DNA of 63,989 bases, the filler included, from Barthelona sp. PAP020 (lineage: Eukaryota), in NCBI GenBank assembly GCA_040182905.1. It is 13 parts of 13 records of this genome, joined end to end, with 100 filler letters (N's around TTAATTAATTAA, not from the genome) between each part and the next. Parts side by side here need not be neighbours in the genome. Positions count along the whole stretch, not along the records: positions 41,155 to 46,122 come from JARQWU010000636.1; positions 46,223 to 51,169 come from JARQWU010000637.1; positions 51,270 to 56,207 come from JARQWU010000638.1; 10 more parts are not named here. One strand, given 5' to 3'. Each line of letters opens with the position of its first letter. The stretch's first letter is position 1. The position numbers and the translations under genes were made by a program. Positions 41,906 through 52,635 of this stretch are shown here, one piece after another. A model generated the notes under the pieces. That model did no database searches, was not told the DNA's origin, and saw only the letters and a program-made list of their open reading frames with translations.

Positions 41906-44900
41906 ATGTCAAAATTTTCTTCTAAGTTTGCAAACGCGCTCAGTTCTGCTTCATTTGAATACGACACAGAAGTTAAACCTAAAAAAAAATTCGAACAGTT
42001 TGATTTATCAAAAGTTGATGATTACAATGAAAAAAAACCCGTCTTCCCGGATCCCGGGCACATGTCTGTTAAATTAAAAGCGGTTGCAAAAACGATTAAG
42101 AATAGTGAAAAGTTAAAACATTCTCAAACAACTCCATCGAAGAATGAGCCTTTAAGAATAGAAGAAAGTAGTTTTACAAAAGAAGAAGACATTTGTGAAC
42201 CTGATACATTTTCAGAAAATCTTGTTGTTGAAAAAGAACAACCGGAAGTAGCTGTTACTGCACCACCCATGCATTCCACTGATATTAATATTTTCCCTGG
42301 AACGCCAGTCACAGATGGCAAGGAAGATATTGTTGATATTGATGGTGATCAATCGGAAGAAGAAGTGGAGTCTGAAGAAGATGCTGTAGACATTGATACT
42401 TTTGTGGATGATGAACCGATGGAAGAAGAGGATGATGATGAAGATGCAGATCAATTTAGTTCTCTTGTTTATGAAGTTGGTTTTATTTATAGTTTCAGAA
42501 ACAAGTTCCCACCTCAAAATTTATCCTCTATTGATGATTTAATTAATGGTGCCAACATTTCGAATAAATTTAAGCAAAGAAGTAAATTACCCAAGAAAGC
42601 AAAGAATCAATTTGGTAATTTCAAGAGGGATGACTCAAATCCCTTGGATGTTCATGTCAAAGATATTCGTACGTTATTAAACAAATTGACTAATTCGAAT
42701 AAGGATGAATTATTTAAAGAAATCGCAGAACTTATTGAAACTAACAAGGATTCATACGTATTTGCGGCTGTTGTTGATTTAATATTTAAAAAGGCAGTCA
42801 AAGAAAAAGGTTTTGTTGCACTCTATGCTGAATTGGTAGCATATTTGAACAAGAACGTTAGTCACATTCAAGATCATGGAAAGAATCATTCCTTCAATTA
42901 TTTTGTGTCACATGAAGTTAAAATGGCCTTCTACAATAAATTTTATGAAGATGGACAAGAGCCAATTACAAAACCCAGAATAGAATGGACTGTTGATGAA
43001 ACTTATGCTGAAAATCAAAGAAGAAGAAATATGTTTGGTAATATTAGGTTTTGTGGACATTTATTCAGACAGCAATTATTGAAAGGTGTGCTTGTTATTC
43101 GACAAATCTTTGAGAATTGTGAAGACGAGTTTTACAAAGTGGATGTGAACAAGGATACTGAAATAGATGACATAGAGTTGCATGAAGCTCAAAAGAATGA
43201 AAAGAAAAAATATGTTCAAGAATGTATTGCCAATAAAACCAAAAATCCTGATGGTATTGAACCTGAAGCTTTGGAAGTATTAGCAAACTTCTTGCAATTA
43301 GTTGGACCTGTTATTTTAAATCAAAAACTCCATGAAAAACAATTATCAAAAGTTAACACAAACGAAGATAGAGAGAGAATAATCAATATTCACAACTTGA
43401 TGCTTAGTTATGAAACTAAGATGTATAACTTTTTGAAGGAGAATGCTAAAATAAAATTCAAATCTTCTATTAGATTTGCCATTTTAGATGTTGTTGAATC
43501 AAGACAATACAATTATATGGATGAAAAGAGTTACATGAAGTATAAAGAAGACTTAAAGAGATTCGAACAAAGACAGCACATTCATGCTGATCGTAGAAAC
43601 CATTCTGAGACTGCACCATTACCTGCAAACACTTTGAAGAAAGGTGAAACGACTTCTGCAAATACTTTAAAAAGTTTTGCTACTACCAATCGTCCTCCCA
43701 CCATTTTAAAAAAGCCTGATATCACTTCAATTCCTAAGGTTGTTGAAAAAATCGAAAGTAGACCTCAAAAATTACCAATTGAAAAGCCTGATAGCAAGGC
43801 TTCACGTCGAAACAAAACAAAAGATAATAAACACGCAAAAGATAGAAAAGAAAGCAGAGGAAAAACCCCAAAACTAATTGAAAGTATTGACTACTATAAA
43901 AAATATTATGAACAACACGATATTAATTTCGATAACATACCAACATGGGATGAAGGAGACAAAAATAAAGACAGTAAAGTGAAAGATTATGAATTTGAAT
44001 CAAATAAAGATGATCCTTTATCGACTTATCCAGATTTAATTCGCTCATTTTATACAAGTATGCAAGAAAAACAGTCTCATCTGTGCGACTTAAGATTTTA
44101 TCAAGATTTGCAAAAATTCAAACATCATGCGTTCTTAACAGCTACCTTAGCTTTATTTGTAGAGAGTAACTTTGTTGAGAATGGAAAAAAATTCTTTTTT
44201 AATTACATGGAGAAGTATGATTCGGAATTGTTAAACGATGTTAACCTTCTGAGTACGACAATCAGAACTTTACTTATTTTACCAAGATTTGGGCAGAATA
44301 AAAATAATTTCAAAGTGAAAAATGATGAATTACCTCATTCAAACATTGCATATTTTATTTTGCTCTCTTGTGTTATCACTGAACCTTTGTATGAATTGTT
44401 ACAGAGTACTAAATGGCTCAATCATTTGTATGACCAAAACCCTAATTCTCTTCAACTTCCGAATTATGTTAATTATATATCTCAGTATTTATCTGTTGAA
44501 GAAGCTAAATATTTGAGTAAATTTCATTTGGATCCAATTAAAATCAAAGCTAAAACTGTGCCCCTTTCATCTTTCACTGGCTATTTTTGCAATGCAAACT
44601 ATATTAATTCATTGATTTCTCACACCAATATCATCAAACTACATCATAACATTAAATTGCATACAAATCCAAAAGCTGTCAAAAATAAAATTGACCCATT
44701 TACAATTGCCCAAAAATTAATTCATAATGAAGGGAGGGTGAACTTACCAGATAACGCCAAATTTAGAAAAGTTTTTGATTTATTATGTGAATATAAAGAC
44801 AAATTTCCTGACAAATTCGATTGGGATACTATCGCAAATAAATTAGAGTATAAACTCAGGGAAGATTTCAAAAGACTTGGCAGTAAACATTTCAATTTGA

Positions 44901-45103
44901 ACTTTTCTGAAGAAAATGAAAAAATGGAAAAAATTGAAAAAATTGAAAAAATTGAAGATGAAAACCACAGTTTGGAGAATGCTGATACATTGTCCGATTT
45001 GTTAGATGAAATGAAAACTCTCAAAAATGATAGGCATTTTGAGGACAAATCCGGTGAAAATTTGGAAGAGTTAACAGAAAACGCTTTTTTTAAAACTGAA
45101 TAA
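41906..45103 (+). CDS. EIF4G: eIF4G-like MIF4G protein
   Basis: IRTLLNKLT..N, LIFKKAV.E..F..LYAEL, RRR.MFGNIRF.GHLF, IRFAILDVVE.R; upstream YEVGFIYSFR eIF4E-binding-like motif. Confidence 0.85.
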   Translation: MSKFSSKFANALSSASFEYDTEVKPKKKFEQFDLSKVDDYNEKKPVFPDPGHMSVKLKAVAKTIKNSEKLKHSQTTPSKNEPLRIEESSFTKEEDICEPDTFSENLVVEKEQPEVAVTAPPMHSTDINIFPGTPVTDGKEDIVDIDGDQSEEEVESEEDAVDIDTFVDDEPMEEEDDDEDADQFSSLVYEVGFIYSFRNKFPPQNLSSIDDLINGANISNKFKQRSKLPKKAKNQFGNFKRDDSNPLDVHVKDIRTLLNKLTNSNKDELFKEIAELIETNKDSYVFAAVVDLIFKKAVKEKGFVALYAELVAYLNKNVSHIQDHGKNHSFNYFVSHEVKMAFYNKFYEDGQEPITKPRIEWTVDETYAENQRRRNMFGNIRFCGHLFRQQLLKGVLVIRQIFENCEDEFYKVDVNKDTEIDDIELHEAQKNEKKKYVQECIANKTKNPDGIEPEALEVLANFLQLVGPVILNQKLHEKQLSKVNTNEDRERIINIHNLMLSYETKMYNFLKENAKIKFKSSIRFAILDVVESRQYNYMDEKSYMKYKEDLKRFEQRQHIHADRRNHSETAPLPANTLKKGETTSANTLKSFATTNRPPTILKKPDITSIPKVVEKIESRPQKLPIEKPDSKASRRNKTKDNKHAKDRKESRGKTPKLIESIDYYKKYYEQHDINFDNIPTWDEGDKNKDSKVKDYEFESNKDDPLSTYPDLIRSFYTSMQEKQSHLCDLRFYQDLQKFKHHAFLTATLALFVESNFVENGKKFFFNYMEKYDSELLNDVNLLSTTIRTLLILPRFGQNKNNFKVKNDELPHSNIAYFILLSCVITEPLYELLQSTKWLNHLYDQNPNSLQLPNYVNYISQYLSVEEAKYLSKFHLDPIKIKAKTVPLSSFTGYFCNANYINSLISHTNIIKLHHNIKLHTNPKAVKNKIDPFTIAQKLIHNEGRVNLPDNAKFRKVFDLLCEYKDKFPDKFDWDTIANKLEYKLREDFKRLGSKHFNLNFSEENEKMEKIEKIEKIEDENHSLENADTLSDLLDEMKTLKNDRHFEDKSGENLEELTENAFFKTE

Positions 45104-45209
45104 TTTGCAGAAGCTTTTTTGTTTGTTCTTTTTGTTTTTCTTTTTTTAACATAAAAATATTTGAAAGTTTTTTTTTTTTTTAACAAACTTTAACACTTAA
45201 TATTATCAT

Positions 45210-45923
45210 TGTCCAATTATTTCCAAGCCAAGAAGCGCTGTCCGTATGAGTAAACAATAGAAAATAGTGTTTATCTTGCAAAAACAATAAAAAAACAACA
45301 AATAAACTAATTTACAACATTGGAGATTCTGCTGTTTGTTGTCATAGCTCGTGGTCTTTAATATGCCTTTAATAGAGTTTCACCACAAGATTCTTACTTC
45401 AAAGCTGATTTCGTTGCCAGTTTGTATCGCAATAAAAAAACAAAAAGAAATCTGTCCTTTAGAAGGTTGTGATGGTTTAACCACACAACAATTGGATAAG
45501 AAAACGAGCCATGTTGTGTGTTTATTCTTCAAAGAAAATTCATTTGGTCCAGTTGTGAAACAACTATATTTATTTACAAAGAAAGTAAACTCAGAAAACT
45601 CATTCTGGCAAATTTCAGTCAAAATCCCAGGAGGAGAATTGAGGGATTGAAATGTAATTGGAACGATCAAGTAGCAGAATTTTGGAGAAATTCTTCATTC
45701 CTATTCTTTTGTATTTTTGAAAAAGCAAAATTATAAAGTTTAAACTTTACCTTAGAAAATCTAAAGTTTTTCAACAGATCAATCGGGCCTCGAAAGCCTT
45801 TGACAAAATAAACGCAATTCTTTTTTATTCACTCATTTTCAGTGGCTGAGATTTAATGAAAAGAGTTTTCTCTGAACACTTTTTCTTTGTAAATAAATAT
45901 AGTTGTTTCACAACTTGACCAAA
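45210..45923. mobile_element. Cluster of the dispersed repeat: B(-) 45210-45274, A(-) 45543-45659, core plus partial B(+) 45781-45836, partial A(+) 45862-45923; MITE/foldback-like
   Basis: 45543-45584 and 45882-45923 are inverted repeats (41/42 identical). Modules match the copies at 5199, 25864 and 36082. No transposase is visible. Confidence 0.6.
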
Positions 45924-46020
45924 AAATTAACCAAAAATACCTTTATCTTTACAATTGTAATATGAAAAGAAACACACAAAACTACTGCCAGATTTGAAAC
46001 ATGAATCAACAAAAAGCTTC

Positions 46021-46122
46021 TTAACTGCTATCAGTTGTGGTCGTTTCAGTTGCAGCTTCTTGTTGTTCAATAAGTTGATCAACCAATGCATTTTCAGGAA
46101 TCATCTTATTCAAAAGATTCAA
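46021..46122 (-). CDS. 3' fragment of an unknown protein (5' end off contig)
   Basis: LNLLNKMIPENALVDQLIEQQEAATETTTTDSS*. Confidence 0.4.
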   Translation of the reverse strand: MNLLNKMIPENALVDQLIEQQEAATETTTTDSS

Positions 46123-46222
46123 NNNNNNNNNNNNNNNNNNNNNNNNNNNNNNNNNNNNNNNNNNNNTTAATTAATTAANNNNNNNNNNNNNNNNNNNNNN
46201 NNNNNNNNNNNNNNNNNNNNNN

Positions 46223-47781
46223 GTCTTTGCTTTCTTTTTACCATCATTCTTAGGTTCAATTGAAGACATAGTAGGGAAAAGCATAACTTCCTTGATGTTG
46301 AAGTTATTTGTCATTATCATCACCAAACGATCAATTCCCATACCAAAACCACCAGTGGGAGGCATACCATATTCCAATGCTACACAAAAATCTTCATCAT
46401 ATTCCATTGTTTCTTCATCACCAGCACTTTTTTCAGCAACTTGTCTTTCAAAATTTTCTCTTTGAACGAAAGGATTGTTCAATTCAGTATATGCATTGGC
46501 AATTTCAAAAGAACAGCAGAAGAGCTCAAATCTTTCAACTAAACCAGGTTTAGAACGATGATATTTGGCTAAAGGAGTTGTGATACGAGGATAATCAATA
46601 ATAAAAGTGGGATTTGTCAATCTGTCTTCAACATAATGACCCAAAAGCTTGTCCAATAACCTAACAGTAGACCTAGGTGCAGAGCATTCAACGCCAACCT
46701 TTTCAACCAATTTGTCAAGGAATTCTCTAGCTTCTTCAGTTTCGAGATCTTCTGGAAGAACATCATCATAACCATCAGCCTTTAAACCTTCTTGAATACC
46801 ATCTAAATAGCAAATTTTTTGAAAGCCAGGAGTAAAATCAAGATGCTTTTCAACACCATCATGATTGACAGTGAATTTGTAATCACCATGAATTTCCTTT
46901 GCCATTGAAGAAAGTAACTCTTCAATCATATGCATCATATCATTGTAATCTGCATAAGCCATATACCATTCAATTGCAGAAAATTCAGGATTATGAGTTT
47001 GATCAACAGATTCATTTCTAAAATTCTTTCCGATTTCATAGACACGATCAAGTCCACCAACAATACACATCTTAAGATAAAGCTCAGGAGCAATACGTAA
47101 ATATTTGTTTTCCTTCAAATGATTATAGAAGGTGACAAAAGGCTTAGCTGCAGCACCACCCAAAACACTATGAAGAATAGGCGTTTCAACTTCAATAAAG
47201 TTAAGATTATCAAGATATCTTCTGATGCTAGAAATAATTTTGGCACGAGTTCTGAAGATTTTTCGATTTTCATAATTCATAATCAAATCAAAATGACGGC
47301 TTCTATAACGAATTTCAGGGTCTTGAAGAGTAGCATCAGAATGATCCTTTGGTAAACGATGAAGACTTGGTGACAACATAATAATCTTTGTTGCATAAAC
47401 TGACAATTCACCAGTATCAGTACGGCCTGGATATCCAATTACACCAATAATATCACCTTTGTTAAGATTTCCCTTGTCAAACTTGAATTCATCAACATCT
47501 TGATATGTGTTCATTTCACAAAAAATTTGTAAGTTAACTTCATTGCTCTCAAGACCAAAGAAAATTAGCCTTCCACTGACTTTGTCTTTCTTTTTGCATC
47601 TTCCGGCAACATGGACTGTAACATCGGGTAATGTCTCTCCAGTTTGAAGATATTGATACTTTTCAATAAATTCAGTCAATTCAATATCCACTTCAAATTT
47701 ATGAGGCCATGGATTGACCCCATTCTCTTCCATTTTTTTTAAGGTTGGATTTCTTTGCTTGATATATCTAATATCAGACAT
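46223..47781 (-). CDS. KARS1: Class II lysyl-tRNA synthetase (C-terminus truncated by contig end)
   Basis: NPWPHKF, YLRIAPELYLKM..VGG..RVYEIGKNFRNE...THNPEF, EYGMPPTGGFGMGIDRL. Confidence 0.97.
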
Positions 47782-47960
47782 TTGAAGAACTGATGAATAA
47801 AATTGGTGCTAAGAAAAAAAGTGTAATAGGGAATCAAAATTTCAAAAAAATTGAAGTTTCAATTGCTTCAATTTATTTAAACATAAATTTGTCCTGCTGA
47901 GAAATACTGAAAAATATTTGCATTATTTACAAATTATTTGATTAGTTTTTTTTTTCGAAA

Positions 47961-50900
47961 ATGCAACCTCCTACCCCAATAAGTGCATATAATTTTCCCA
48001 AAGAAGAGGAAAAAGTTGGAAATTTTTGGAATGAAATTAATATTTTTGACAAAATTCTTGAACAAACCAAGGATAAACCTAAGTTTGTTTTCTATGATGG
48101 ACCTCCTTTTGCCACTGGTACACCACATTATGGTCATATTTTAGTTTCCATCATGAAAGACGTTGTTTGTCGTTATCAAACATCAACAGGTCATCATGTT
48201 CCCAGAAGATTTGGTTGGGATTGTCATGGATTACCTATTGAACGTATTGTTGATGTAGATCTTAATGTTCAAGGTTGGGAAGATATTGTTGCGATGCCTG
48301 AAGGTATTAAAACGTACAATGATGCATGTCGTTCTCGTGTTATGAGATATGCTGATTATTGGCGTGTTGTTATTGGTCGTATTGGACGTTGGATTGATTT
48401 TGACAATGATTATAGAACAATGTATCCTTCCTTTATGGAATCTGTTTGGTGGGCCTTTCAACAAATGTATAACAAAGGATTAGTTTATCGTGGAACTAAA
48501 GTTATGCCTTGGTCTACAGCCTTAGGTACTTGTTTGAGTAATAGTGAAGCATCTCAAAATTATCAGAATGTTGTTGATCCCTGTATATGGATTACTTTCC
48601 CCCTTGTTGATGAACCTGATACTGAAATTTTAGCTTGGACCACAACACCCTGGACCTTGCCTTCTAATCTTGCTTGTTGTGTGCATCCTAGATTTGAGTA
48701 TGCCAAAATTCAGGTTGGTGAAAAGAAATACATCATATTGAACAAAGAAGATATTATTAGAAGCAGCATTGGTGCAGTTGAATACACTGTATTAGAAACC
48801 TATACTGGATCTGAGCTTGCTGGAAAGAAATACGTTCCCCTATTTGATTTCTTTGTTGAAGAACGTGGTGACAGATCATTTAAAATTATTGCTGATGAAT
48901 ATGTTACTGATGATTCTGGTACTGGTATTGTTCATTGTGCTCCTGGTTTTGGTGATGATGATTTCAGAGTTTGTTTAGCTGCTGGAATCACCCTTAAAGA
49001 TGAAGACCCTGTTTGTCCTATTGATGGTGCCGGTCGTTTCCTTGATGTTGTGAAGACATATGCTGGCAAATATGTTAAAGATGCTGATCGTCCCATTATT
49101 AATGAGCTTGTTCAACGTGGTAGATTAATCAAAGAAGCAACTATTGAACACAGTTATCCTTTTTGTTATCGTTCTCAAACACCCTTGTTATATAGAACTG
49201 TTCCATCTTGGTATATTAATGTTCAATTAGTCAAGGAAAGAATGGTTGAAAACAACAAAAAATCAGTTTGGGTTCCTCCAGCCATTCAACATGGACGTTT
49301 CCACAATTGGATTTCTAATGCACGTGATTGGTCTATTTCTAGATACAGATACTTTGGTACACCTATCCCTATTTGGGCTAATGAAGATTATTCAGAAATT
49401 AAAGTTGTTGGATCAATTGAGGAGTTGCATCAACTTAGTGGTGTGCTTATTGATGATCTTCATCGTGAAAATGTGGATGATATTGTTATTAAGGGTGAAA
49501 CTGGAGATTTACATCGTATCAAAGACGTTTTTGATTGTTGGTTTGAGTCTGGTTCCATGCCTTTTGCCCAATTACATTATCCTTTTGAAAATGCTGATGT
49601 TTTTGAAGAAAATTTCCCCGCTGATTTTTGTGCTGAAGCTCTTGATCAAACCAGAGGTTGGTTTTACACTTTATTGGTTATTGCCACTGCCTTATTTGAT
49701 AAGCCTGCCTTTAAAAATTTGATTGTCAATGGGCTTGTTCTTGCTGCCGATGGAAAGAAGATGTCTAAATCACTGAAGAATTATCCTGATCCTATGCATG
49801 TTATTGATAAGTATGGTGCTGATGCCCTTCGTTTGTATTTGATTAATTCTCCCACGATGCGTGCTGAAGACTTTGCCTTCAAAGAAGAGGGTGTCGAAAG
49901 AGTTTTAAGAAATGTATTGATACCTTGGTACAGTTCATACATTTTCTTGGTTCAAAATGTTGCTCGTTACGAAGAAACTCATGGTAAATTTGTTCCTTCC
50001 CTTGAAAAGGCTCTCGAATCATCTCATCAAATTGATCGTTGGATATTATCTGTTCTTTCATCCTTGATCAGTTTTGTCAAAGAAGAAATGGAACAATACA
50101 GACTTTATACTGTTGTTCCACGCATGGTTGGGTTTGTTGACCTTTTGACCAATGTTTACATTCGTCTCAATAGATCTCGTATTCGTGGACAAACTGATTC
50201 TGATGATGATGAATACTATCGTGTTTTATCATTATTCTATCATGTAATGTTGACATTCACGCAAATGATGACACCTTTTACCCCTTATCTTGCTGAAGTT
50301 ATCTTTTCCAACTTAAAATTACAATTGCCTGAAGAAGATCCTCGCAAATCTGTTGAATCAATCCATATGTTAGAATTCCCCAGTGCTTTTGCCGAGTCTG
50401 ATCCTCTTAGAGAACAGAATGTTCAAAATATGTTAGATGTTATTTCAGCTGGACGTTTGTTACGTGATTCCAAGAGCAGATCTTTCAGAATGCCCATTGC
50501 ACGTATGGTAGCCATTTGTGGTTCTCCTGAAGAAGCTGAAATGTTGAATGAACTTAAACCTTTCATTATTGGTGATTTGAATTTGCAAGAATTGGAAATA
50601 ACAACCGAACTTGGTCGTTTTGCCAAATTTGATGTAAAGCCCAATTTCAAGGTTCTTGGTCCCAAATTAGGAAGCAGTTTGAAAGATGTTGGGAATAAAT
50701 TGAGTGAATTACCCATGATTGAGATTAGCAAATTGCAAAATGGTGAGAATATTGAAGTTGATGGTTTTGTTATTGAGCCAGATGATTGTCAAATAAATGT
50801 CACATTTATTAGTGGAGAAAGTGAAATACCTATTGAAGAGTTAACACCTCCTTTGGATGAAAATGGAGAACCTTTGAGTAAGAAAGCCTTAAAGAAATGG

Positions 50901-51169
50901 CAAAAACAAGTTATGATTGAAAGAAAGAAAAATTCCAAAAATGCAAGTTCTTCTGGAAGATTTGATTCCAGAACACAAGGAAAATTCATGGTTGTTGCTG
51001 ATTTTGAATTAAATGAAGAGATTATGGTCAGTTATTTCGTTCGTTTGTTGACTTCTAGAATTCAAAAATTACGTCAAAATGCTAAATTAACCCCTATTGA
51101 TGCTATTAAAGTTTATTTCACATTTGAATCCTTTGAAAACACTGAAGAAGATTTTGTCAATGAAGAGAC
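47961..51169 (+). CDS. IARS1: Cytosolic (eukaryote-type) isoleucyl-tRNA synthetase (C-terminus truncated)
   Basis: DGPPFATGTPHYGH, GWDCHGLP, WTTTPWTLPSN, GTGIVH.AP, DQTRGWF, KMSKS. Confidence 0.98.
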
Positions 51170-51269
51170 NNNNNNNNNNNNNNNNNNNNNNNNNNNNNNN
51201 NNNNNNNNNNNNNTTAATTAATTAANNNNNNNNNNNNNNNNNNNNNNNNNNNNNNNNNNNNNNNNNNNN

Positions 51270-51385
51270 TTCTTATCTTTCTTGTCTTTCTTTTTGGATT
51301 TGTCCTTTTTGGATTTAACTAAAGAAATATCCAAATCTAAACTTAAATCAAGATCAAGAGACGGTTCCAGATTAGGTTCAGTCAT
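51270..51385 (-). CDS. 5' fragment of a lysine-rich protein, possibly eIF2-beta
   Basis: MTEPNLEPSLDLDLSLDLDISLVKSKKDKSKKKDKKDK: an acidic DLD stretch followed by a poly-Lys box. Confidence 0.35.
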
Positions 51386-51683
51386 GTAAACTATTAAAAA
51401 AAAAAATGTGAATTGATAAAATTTGTTAACTTTGTTTGTTTAAACATATAAAATTTATCTTTTTAATCTTTTCATGGTTAAAAATGACATTGAATAACTT
51501 TTGATCAAAAAAATATTCAACATAATTTTGCTTTTGCAATTGTCACACATTAAAACTCTCTTAAGTTGTATAATTTTAGTGGATTTTCAACTTTAAAACT
51601 TATTTTTATGAACTTCAACGGGTTTTCAAAATCCACCAACTTTTTTGATAGTTCGCAACTGAGTGACATTCTTTTATTTTGCA

Positions 51684-52592
51684 ATGACATGGTCTTGGGT
51701 AAATGGAAAATTAACCGAAAATCCAAAATGCTCGTTTAAGGATTTTGGATTGTTTTATGGCACAGGATGCTATGAGGTAATTCCAGTTTTCAATGGAAGA
51801 TTATTTAAATCTTTCGGACATTTGTCTAAATTTCGTTATTCATGTGAAAGATTGGGACTTGATCATGTTCCATCATTATCTGAATTAGAAAAAGCTGTTG
51901 ATTCTTTATTGTTGCGAAATTGCATTGTGAATGGAATTGTAACAATGTTAGCAACCCCAGGGAATTGCTCAAAAGGATATTGGGAAATACCAAATCGTTT
52001 TTCTGCGAATTATTTCATTGCGACTGAAGTTCACAGTCCTTTAGAAACCAAAGAAATTAAACCAATTACTTGCATTTTATGTCCAGATTCAAGAGGATAT
52101 CATTCTCAAATAAGAAGCACTTCCTTGCTTCCTTCGTTATTATTGCTAAAACAAGCCATCCATGAAGGTTATGATGATGTTATTTATTATGACAGGCACA
52201 ACGAATACGTTTTTGAATCTTCTCATTCTAGTGTCTTTCTAATTGAAGGAAATTATTTGGTTACACCGCCAATTGGTCCTAAAGTCTTTGATAGTGTTAT
52301 TAGACAAGAGATTATTTCGATAGCAGGTAAATTGGGATATTTTGTACGAATCAAGGATTTTATTACTGAAAGATTCAGAAGAGCAGATGGAGTTTTTTTA
52401 GCTGATGATCAATTCATGCTGAGAAGAGTCATAAAAATTGGAAGTGAAAAATTGCCTGATAACTGTACAGTATTTGACATTATTCAAAATGAATTGAACA
52501 GCGTTATTGAGCAAGAATGCACTGATTCATTAGATACCTCCATCGGTGGTGTTGGATCTTTTGAAACAACCGAGGCAATTCTTTGTGAATAA
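51684..52592 (+). CDS. PLP fold-type IV (D-alanine/branched-chain aminotransferase-like) protein, probably inactive
   Basis: D.GLFYG.G.YEVI.V.NG..F...HL, KQA...GYD, VTPP. The catalytic Lys position reads QIRST. Confidence 0.8.
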   Translation: MTWSWVNGKLTENPKCSFKDFGLFYGTGCYEVIPVFNGRLFKSFGHLSKFRYSCERLGLDHVPSLSELEKAVDSLLLRNCIVNGIVTMLATPGNCSKGYWEIPNRFSANYFIATEVHSPLETKEIKPITCILCPDSRGYHSQIRSTSLLPSLLLLKQAIHEGYDDVIYYDRHNEYVFESSHSSVFLIEGNYLVTPPIGPKVFDSVIRQEIISIAGKLGYFVRIKDFITERFRRADGVFLADDQFMLRRVIKIGSEKLPDNCTVFDIIQNELNSVIEQECTDSLDTSIGGVGSFETTEAILCE

Positions 52593-52635
52593 ATTTGTTT
52601 ATTTATTTTTTGACGATAGTTTATTCAATTATTTG

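Noticed and set aside
5199..45923. Recurring 40-100 bp repeats as a possible CRISPR array
   Set aside because: The copies are dispersed, variably oriented and lack regular spacers. There are no cas genes and the context is eukaryotic.
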